In this document: piece after piece, positions 59,190 to 64,000 of the stretch
Position numbering within the stretch: the first letter of the stretch is position 1
How the letters are laid out: the number at the start of each line of letters is the position of its first letter
NCBI GenBank assembly: GCA_013360445.1
Contig: JABWBP010000016.1
Coordinates: 56,404-120,403 of the forward strand
Source of the DNA: Calditrichaceae bacterium
GTDB taxonomy: Bacteria; Calditrichota; Calditrichia; RBG-13-44-9; J075
Reading direction: 5' to 3'
DNA: 64,000 nt
The notes under the pieces: model-generated
The model's database searches: none
What the model saw: only the letters and a program-made list of their open reading frames with translations
Told to the model about the DNA's origin: nothing
Position numbers and translations under genes: made by a program

Positions 59190-60086
59190 CTACGCCGCCA
59201 GGCAGGCTATGGGAAAAAATATGTACTCCGAGAAGAACAGCACCCAAATGAACAGATAATACCGGGCGATCGAGGCGCGGTTGCCCGGGGTGGCCCGCAA
59301 ACTCGCCAGCCACATCATGCCCAGCAAGCCGGCGTGGGTTGCGGCCAATACCGCCCCGTTCACCCCCGGAATGCCGGCAATACCGGCAACGATCAATCCC
59401 AGGTAACAGGCCGCCAAAAGACCCCGCCCGACGTTAAATACCTTCCGCGCTCCCAGGGTGAGGGAGAGGGTCATAATCCTGAAGCGGCTGTCCCCTTCCA
59501 TGTCGGGAATGTCCTTGAACCAGGCGATCACCAGACTGAGGCCGAAAATAAAGGCGGTGAGCGCCCACATTTGCGGAGGGATATCCACCGCGCCGCTGAG
59601 TTGCCGGTTGAAATGCAGAAACAGGAACAGGTTCACCACCACTCCCCGCACCGTAAAGATGCAGGCGGCAGCCCAAAGGTGAAAACGTTTCAGGCGCAGG
59701 GGGGGCAGGGAATAAGCGGTTCCGATGAGCAGGCTGAGGATGACGGTAAGCGTTAAAAAGAACCCTTCGCGAAGCGCGATCAGCAGGGAAATCAGCAAAC
59801 AAACCGCGATAATGGCCTTGCCGGTGCGCAGGGAGTAGGTTCCCGCGGCCAGGGGTAAATGGGGTTTGTTGATGCGGTCGATCTCCACGTCGGTAAGCTG
59901 GTTCAATCCCACGATATAAATATTCGCCCCTAAACAGCTCAACAGCGCGGGGAACAGAATTTCCCATTGCCAGGGGGGAGTTCCGACGTGCGCCCAGGCG
60001 ATTAAATATAAGCCGACCACGCTCAAGGTAGTGCCGATAATAGTATGGGGGCGGGAGAACTGAATAAATGCTTGCAGCCACTTCAT
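59190..60086 (-). CDS. UbiA-family prenyltransferase, homogentisate phytyl/prenyltransferase-like
   Basis: First Asp-rich motif reads NQLTDVEIDRINKPHLPLAAG, the NQxxDxxID variant diagnostic of homogentisate prenyltransferases (cf. Synechocystis Slr1736 / plant VTE2). About 8 TM helices. Start set at MKWLQAF. The upstream ORF extension is repeat-derived. Confidence 0.7.
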   Translation of the reverse strand: MKWLQAFIQFSRPHTIIGTTLSVVGLYLIAWAHVGTPPWQWEILFPALLSCLGANIYIVGLNQLTDVEIDRINKPHLPLAAGTYSLRTGKAIIAVCLLISLLIALREGFFLTLTVILSLLIGTAYSLPPLRLKRFHLWAAACIFTVRGVVVNLFLFLHFNRQLSGAVDIPPQMWALTAFIFGLSLVIAWFKDIPDMEGDSRFRIMTLSLTLGARKVFNVGRGLLAACYLGLIVAGIAGIPGVNGAVLAATHAGLLGMMWLASLRATPGNRASIARYYLFIWVLFFSEYIFFPIACLAA

Positions 60087-60116
60087 CGTATCGCTCTTTA
60101 TTATGAAACTCTTTTC

Positions 60117-60206
60117 GCATAGCGCATGGCGCATGGAGCATAGCGCAGGGGACGGCAGGATATAGGCCATGCGCTCTGCCCTATGCGCTATGCTCCATGC
60201 GCTTTA
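60117..60206. repeat. Hairpin repeat GCGCATGGAGCATAGCGC ... GCGCTATGCTCCATGCGC (family shared with 47192-47265)
   Basis: 18-bp perfect inverted arms separated by about 35 nt. Sits between the prenyltransferase start and the methyltransferase stop. Confidence 0.6.
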
Positions 60207-61038
60207 CCCCTTGCAGCAGCCCAAAACGCACCAGCCCGCTGCGGTAGCCGCGAATCATCAAATTCATGGCCAGGGCCCCGCGGATGGTAGGCCAGCCCGC
60301 GCGGATCAATCCTCGAACGCTTTTGAAACTGAGCGCCGAGCGCGCCACCGCCTTCCAAAACGGGGATACCGCCCGGGTCCAATCGGCAGTGCGGAGATCG
60401 GTAAATCCCGCTTCGGCGGCAAAATTCTGGTACTCCTCGATGGAAACGAGCGGGGGCAAATGATAAACCCGGCAGAGACGCCGCAACAGGCGTTGTTCCG
60501 AGAAAGAGAGCGCCGGGGGCAGGGCGCGGCGGCACCAGGCGGCCATCAGGAATTTGCCGCCGGGGCGGAGCATTTCCATGCCGGCTTGCAAAAAGCGGCG
60601 CTTCTCGGGCATGTGCTCCCCGCTTTCCAGGGACCAGGCCAGGTCGAAGGCGCCGGGGCCAAACGGCGGATGAAGGGCGTCCGCGACGGCGAACTGCGCC
60701 CGCCCGCTCAACCCCGCTGCGGCGGCGCGCTCCCGGGCGCGGTTGGCCTGCACCGGGCTGAGGGTAATCCCCGCCACCCGGGCGTTGAATTTCTGCGCCA
60801 GGTACAGGGAACTGCCGCCAATCCCGCAGCCCAGGTCTAAAATATGCTCCGCCCCGCGGACCTCGCCCCAGCGCAGCAGTTCCTCGATCAGGTCAACCTG
60901 CGCCCGGCGATGGTCGCGTTTTTCGTCGCCATTCGGCCCGTAGTAACCGTGGTGCATGTGCTCTCCCCAGGTTTCTTCCCACAGCGCCGAGGAGACGTCG
61001 TAGAATTGGCGGATGTTGTGGTAGAGTTTTTCGGACAT
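60181..61038 (-). CDS. Gamma-tocopherol methyltransferase-like SAM-dependent methyltransferase (VTE4/Slr0089 family)
   Basis: Collinear conserved blocks: YHNIRQFYDVSSALWEETWGEHMHHGYYGP, ILDLGCGIGGSSLYLAQKF, SPVQANRA, AWSLESGEHMPEK, GLVRFGLL. Confidence 0.8.
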   Translation of the reverse strand: MSEKLYHNIRQFYDVSSALWEETWGEHMHHGYYGPNGDEKRDHRRAQVDLIEELLRWGEVRGAEHILDLGCGIGGSSLYLAQKFNARVAGITLSPVQANRARERAAAAGLSGRAQFAVADALHPPFGPGAFDLAWSLESGEHMPEKRRFLQAGMEMLRPGGKFLMAAWCRRALPPALSFSEQRLLRRLCRVYHLPPLVSIEEYQNFAAEAGFTDLRTADWTRAVSPFWKAVARSALSFKSVRGLIRAGWPTIRGALAMNLMIRGYRSGLVRFGLLQGVKRMEHSA

Positions 61039-61068
61039 GGGGAGTTCCGTGATGGGTGTTTTGTAACC

Positions 61069-61150
61069 CGTAAAACGTAATGCGTAACTTTGGGGAGTAT
61101 TTCGTATTTCGTATTGCGTATTCCGTTTTTGTTACGCATTACGTTTTACG
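61069..61150. terminator. Perfect 20-bp inverted repeat CGTAAAACGTAATGCGTAAC ... GTTACGCATTACGTTTTACG with 42-nt loop
   Basis: Located between the two methyltransferase genes. The loop has CGTATT direct repeats. CGTGAAACG/CGTAAAACG palindrome family. Confidence 0.5.
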
Positions 61151-61170
61151 CAATACGCAGTACGAAACGT

Positions 61171-62130
61171 TTAGATGATCCACCAGGCCAGCAGCGCCAG
61201 GAGCAGGATGGGAATGAGGGCCAGGCTGATCTTTTGTTGAAGAGTCAATGTTTCGACCGATTCAGCTTCCGCAGGAGCGCGTCCGAACAAACCGCGGATG
61301 AAGCGGCGCAGGTAACCGTAAATCGCCATGGGGATGAAAAAGAACCCGGCCAGGGAGCCGATCAGCAGCCGGGGGATGAACAGGAGGATGCGTGTGAAGG
61401 TTGCCGGCTCTTCCCGGCGCTCTTTTTTGACCGCGGGGAGCGGCGCCGGCGAGGGCCCCGGCTGCGTTTTCTTTCCGGCAATGGCGATGCCGTATTTCTC
61501 CCGCAGCACCCAGGAAGGCTTCACATAGCGTTTTTGGATCTCGCTGAAACCGGCCTCGCGAAACCAGCGCTGGTATTCATCTTCTTCCGGGAAGAGCATC
61601 CAGGTATCGGCCAGGAAACGTCCCAGCCGGTTTTGCGGGCGCAGCGGGCCGATCATCAGGGCGACGCCGCCGGGTTTGAGCACCCGGTAGGCTTCGGCAA
61701 TGCCGCGCTGCGGTTCCGGCCAATATTCGATGCTCCCGGCGGAGACGTAGCGGTCGAAATGATCGGTGGGAAAAGGCAGGTCTTCCGCGTCGCCGAGGTG
61801 GAAGGCGCAGCCCTGCAAGTCGTTTTTCGCCTTCGCCCTGGCCATCTGGTGGGGGCTTTGGTCGATGCAGGCGACGTTTTCCGGCGCGATCTGGCGCACA
61901 ATCCCTTGAGTGGTAAATCCGGTGCCGGAACCGACGTCCACCACCCGCAAATCCGGGCGATCCAACTGCGCCAACTCCAGGGACCGCTCCCGCATCGGCC
62001 CGGTCCAGAAAAAGGGATTGACGAAATTATCGTAAAAAATGGAGAGGAAGCGATAGAACCAGTAGGCTTCTTTTTTGTGCTGGACGGTGCGCATGGAGGA
62101 GAAAGAACAAAAGAAACCCGCTATCTGCAA
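61171..62130 (-). CDS. MPBQ/MSBQ (2-methyl-6-prenyl-benzoquinol) methyltransferase-like protein (VTE3/Sll0418 family) with C-terminal membrane anchor
   Basis: Blocks WFYRFLSIFYD, VVDVGSGTGFTT, DQSPHQMARAKAK, GDAEDLPFPTDHFDRYVSAGSIEYWPEPQRGIAEAYRVLKPGG, plus C-terminal hydrophobic helices. Confidence 0.8.
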   Translation of the reverse strand: MQIAGFFCSFSSMRTVQHKKEAYWFYRFLSIFYDNFVNPFFWTGPMRERSLELAQLDRPDLRVVDVGSGTGFTTQGIVRQIAPENVACIDQSPHQMARAKAKNDLQGCAFHLGDAEDLPFPTDHFDRYVSAGSIEYWPEPQRGIAEAYRVLKPGGVALMIGPLRPQNRLGRFLADTWMLFPEEDEYQRWFREAGFSEIQKRYVKPSWVLREKYGIAIAGKKTQPGPSPAPLPAVKKERREEPATFTRILLFIPRLLIGSLAGFFFIPMAIYGYLRRFIRGLFGRAPAEAESVETLTLQQKISLALIPILLLALLAWWII

Positions 62131-62193
62131 TAGAAAAATAAAAAAGGCGCTCCCCTTGGCAGGAAGCGCCCCAAAAAACCTTAACGTCTTTCT

Positions 62194-63507
62194 TTATTTC
62201 ATCTTCGCCTTGCTCTGGTGCACGTAGCCCTCCTTGCCGCCCAACAGTTTAATGCGGTAATATTGGCCTTCCTGGTTGAGCACATTAAAGGAGACGCCCC
62301 CGGGAACCTGCCCGACCACCTCGCTCCCCTCTCGCGGCTCGGCAAAAACGGGAATGCGGTCTGCGCTGCCGCCTTTGATCTCGATCTTTTGCGCCATGGC
62401 AGCCGCCTGAATGGTTTCGCTGATTTCAAAGGAGTGCTCGGCAATCACGATTCCCAATTCGCGCAATGCTTCGGAAAACATGAGATTTTTTTCTACCCGG
62501 GTAAACGCCTTTTTATAATTCTTTTCCTCTTTCAATTGAAGCGCCATTTCATAGAACTCTTTTGCCTGGCCGTAGTTGCCCACCACTTCGTTCAGGATGC
62601 CCATATTGTAGAGAAGTTCGGGATTATAGGGATCCTGGTCGTAGATGCTCTTGTAAAGCACGTATGCGCCGTCGATCTCCAAGCTTTCCGCTTTCTTCGC
62701 CGCGGTTTCTCCTAAGTCTTTGAATTGTTTGAGTTCGATCTTTTCCAATTCATATTCCGAAAGGCTGTAATGAGGGGCCAGGTAGTTGGCAATTTCGGAG
62801 CTTAATTGCTTGAGGCAATCATCTACCATTTGGGCGACCGGGGGCAGGTTGGCGATATTGCTTTCGCATTCCTTCTTTTCTAATGCCCGGGTGGCCTCTT
62901 TACTGCCCAATATTTGCCCGCTTTCCGCGCCAATGATTCGCGCTCTTACGGTAGCGGTGACGCCTCTTTTGCGACAATTGACATAAGTGGTGTACTGTTT
63001 CTTGTCCTTTGTATAAGTTCGCTCTTCCTGGAAATCGTTGTCTTTGTAGGTATAACTGACATTTCCTAAAACCAATGCCTGCACTCCCAGAATTTGTCCC
63101 AGTTGGGCTGCCTGGCTCTGGTTCAATAACCCGCCGGCGCCAAGCTGCTGTTCATCCAGTACCTGCAATAAGCGGCTCCGTTCGATGATGCCGAAGACAT
63201 TGGTAAACGTGCCTTCCTGAAGGGTCTTGCCCTCTTTTTTCTCGCCCATTCCCAGGAAACCGCTTTGCAGATCATAGATTCCCCGGTTCTCTTCCAGGAA
63301 AGCGCCGATCAGGTAGTCCGAAAAATTTCTCCCGTAATTTCCCTCGCCTTCAAAATCCAGCACGGCAATCTGTTTAACGCCGGGCAGAATTTGCTCCGGG
63401 GGATCGATAACGAACACTTTGATCTTTTTGTAAGAATAAACCGGGAAAATCAAAACCAGCAGCAATACCAGGGATACAATCAGTCTGCCTCTTAACAATA
63501 GATTCAT
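62194..63507 (-). CDS. Secreted hypothetical protein (CsgG/LpoB-like alpha-beta N-domain, TPR-like helices, SH3b-like C-terminus)
   Basis: Signal/TM (LIVSLVLLLVLIFPVYS). VKQIAVLDFEGEG motif. TPR-like segment (LLYNMGILNEVVGNYGQAKEFYEMALQL). C-terminal SH3-like GQYYRIKLLGGKEGYV. Confidence 0.45.
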   Translation of the reverse strand: MNLLLRGRLIVSLVLLLVLIFPVYSYKKIKVFVIDPPEQILPGVKQIAVLDFEGEGNYGRNFSDYLIGAFLEENRGIYDLQSGFLGMGEKKEGKTLQEGTFTNVFGIIERSRLLQVLDEQQLGAGGLLNQSQAAQLGQILGVQALVLGNVSYTYKDNDFQEERTYTKDKKQYTTYVNCRKRGVTATVRARIIGAESGQILGSKEATRALEKKECESNIANLPPVAQMVDDCLKQLSSEIANYLAPHYSLSEYELEKIELKQFKDLGETAAKKAESLEIDGAYVLYKSIYDQDPYNPELLYNMGILNEVVGNYGQAKEFYEMALQLKEEKNYKKAFTRVEKNLMFSEALRELGIVIAEHSFEISETIQAAAMAQKIEIKGGSADRIPVFAEPREGSEVVGQVPGGVSFNVLNQEGQYYRIKLLGGKEGYVHQSKAKMK

Positions 63508-63649
63508 GCCTGCACCTCCGAATGTGTTTTGTCAGAAAAATTATAAAGAACCATGCCCACAGGCGGTTTTTGATCGAATTGCACCGGCAAATTATCTTTC
63601 AGGCATTTTTTTCGCAATCATTTTTTAAATTAGACTGAAAAGTCCATCA

Positions 63650-63785
63650 TACGTGATAAATGATTTAAACCGCGGATTAACGCCGATAAACGCGAATGGC
63701 TGTGAGACTGCGACTGACCGGAATTAGCGTTCATTCGCGTCAATTCGCGGTTAGCCTGGAAAGCCGGTGTTAGAACTATCACGAC
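63650..63785. repeat. Inverted, diverged copy of the 56745-56887 MITE-like element
   Basis: rc(63700-63770) aligns to 56778-56830 (CTAACCGCGAATTGACGCGAATRAAC). rc(63650-63700) aligns to 56830-56885. The terminal repeats are degenerate. Confidence 0.5.
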
Positions 63786-63796
63786 AGGTTCATTAT

Positions 63797-64000
63797 GATC
63801 CGCTTCCTCCTTCCGCTTTCCACATTCCCAACAGCCGGTCGATGTCCCCCACCACCTCCAGCCCGGCGTGGCGACCGGTTTCGTCGAATATAATTTCTTG
63901 CCCGGCGGAGAGGCGCACATGCAGCGCCGCGTTCAGGCGCTCTTCGATGCGCCGGTCCATTCCCTTGATGCTTGGCGCGTGGAGCAGGGCGGCGGGGGTT
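63797..64000 (-). CDS. Hypothetical protein (partial; N-terminus beyond window end)
   Basis: Open minus-strand frame ending ...GMDRRIEERLNAALHVRLSAGQEIIFDETGRHAGLEVVGDIDRLLGMWKAEGGSGS* with stop at 63794-63796. No family recognised. Confidence 0.3.

Overview
This 64 kb window is a high-GC (~60%) bacterial chromosomal segment. It looks like an FCB-superphylum organism (Bacteroidota, Calditrichota or Zixibacteria-like). The evidence is a T9SS C-terminal sorting domain cargo protein, a fused ABC-2 permease/M1 aminopeptidase typical of Bacteroidetes, a bacillithiol BshA homologue, and many TPR and BNR repeat proteins. Most genes are housekeeping and lie on the minus strand: uvrD/pcrA, ddl, gltX, glnS, plsY, purM, an acyl-CoA ligase, htrA, hisS and ltaE. 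Signalling genes are mixed in: two histidine-kinase/response-regulator pairs, a 7TM-receptor/PP2C phosphatase, a REC-GAF-GGDEF cyclase and a P-type Ca2+-ATPase. There is also a HigB/HigA toxin-antitoxin pair next to an EVE-domain protein, and an Rpn (YhgA-like) nuclease. A TPR gene is truncated by the window start and one unknown gene by the window end, so neither appears in the ORF track. I found no rRNA, tRNA or CRISPR. The most notable content is a co-directional four-gene cluster at 57936-62130. It encodes close homologues of the cyanobacterial/plant tocopherol (vitamin E)/plastoquinol pathway: an MPBQ/MSBQ methyltransferase (VTE3/Sll0418-like), a gamma-tocopherol methyltransferase (VTE4/Slr0089-like), a homogentisate prenyltransferase (UbiA family with the NQxxDxxID motif) and a geranylgeranyl reductase. 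That pathway is unexpected in a non-phototrophic FCB-type genome. The second striking feature is the intergenic space, which carries at least seven families of short palindromic, tandem or MITE-like repeats. Two elements have clear terminal inverted repeats and target-site duplications. Arrays of GTCATT half-sites abut start codons and create in-frame MT(I/M)ND N-termini. A CGTGAAACG hairpin family sits at gene 3' ends. Finally, 55.3-57.8 kb is a small gene-decay region: a kinase fragment and a frameshifted efflux-adaptor pseudogene with a MITE at its 5' end.
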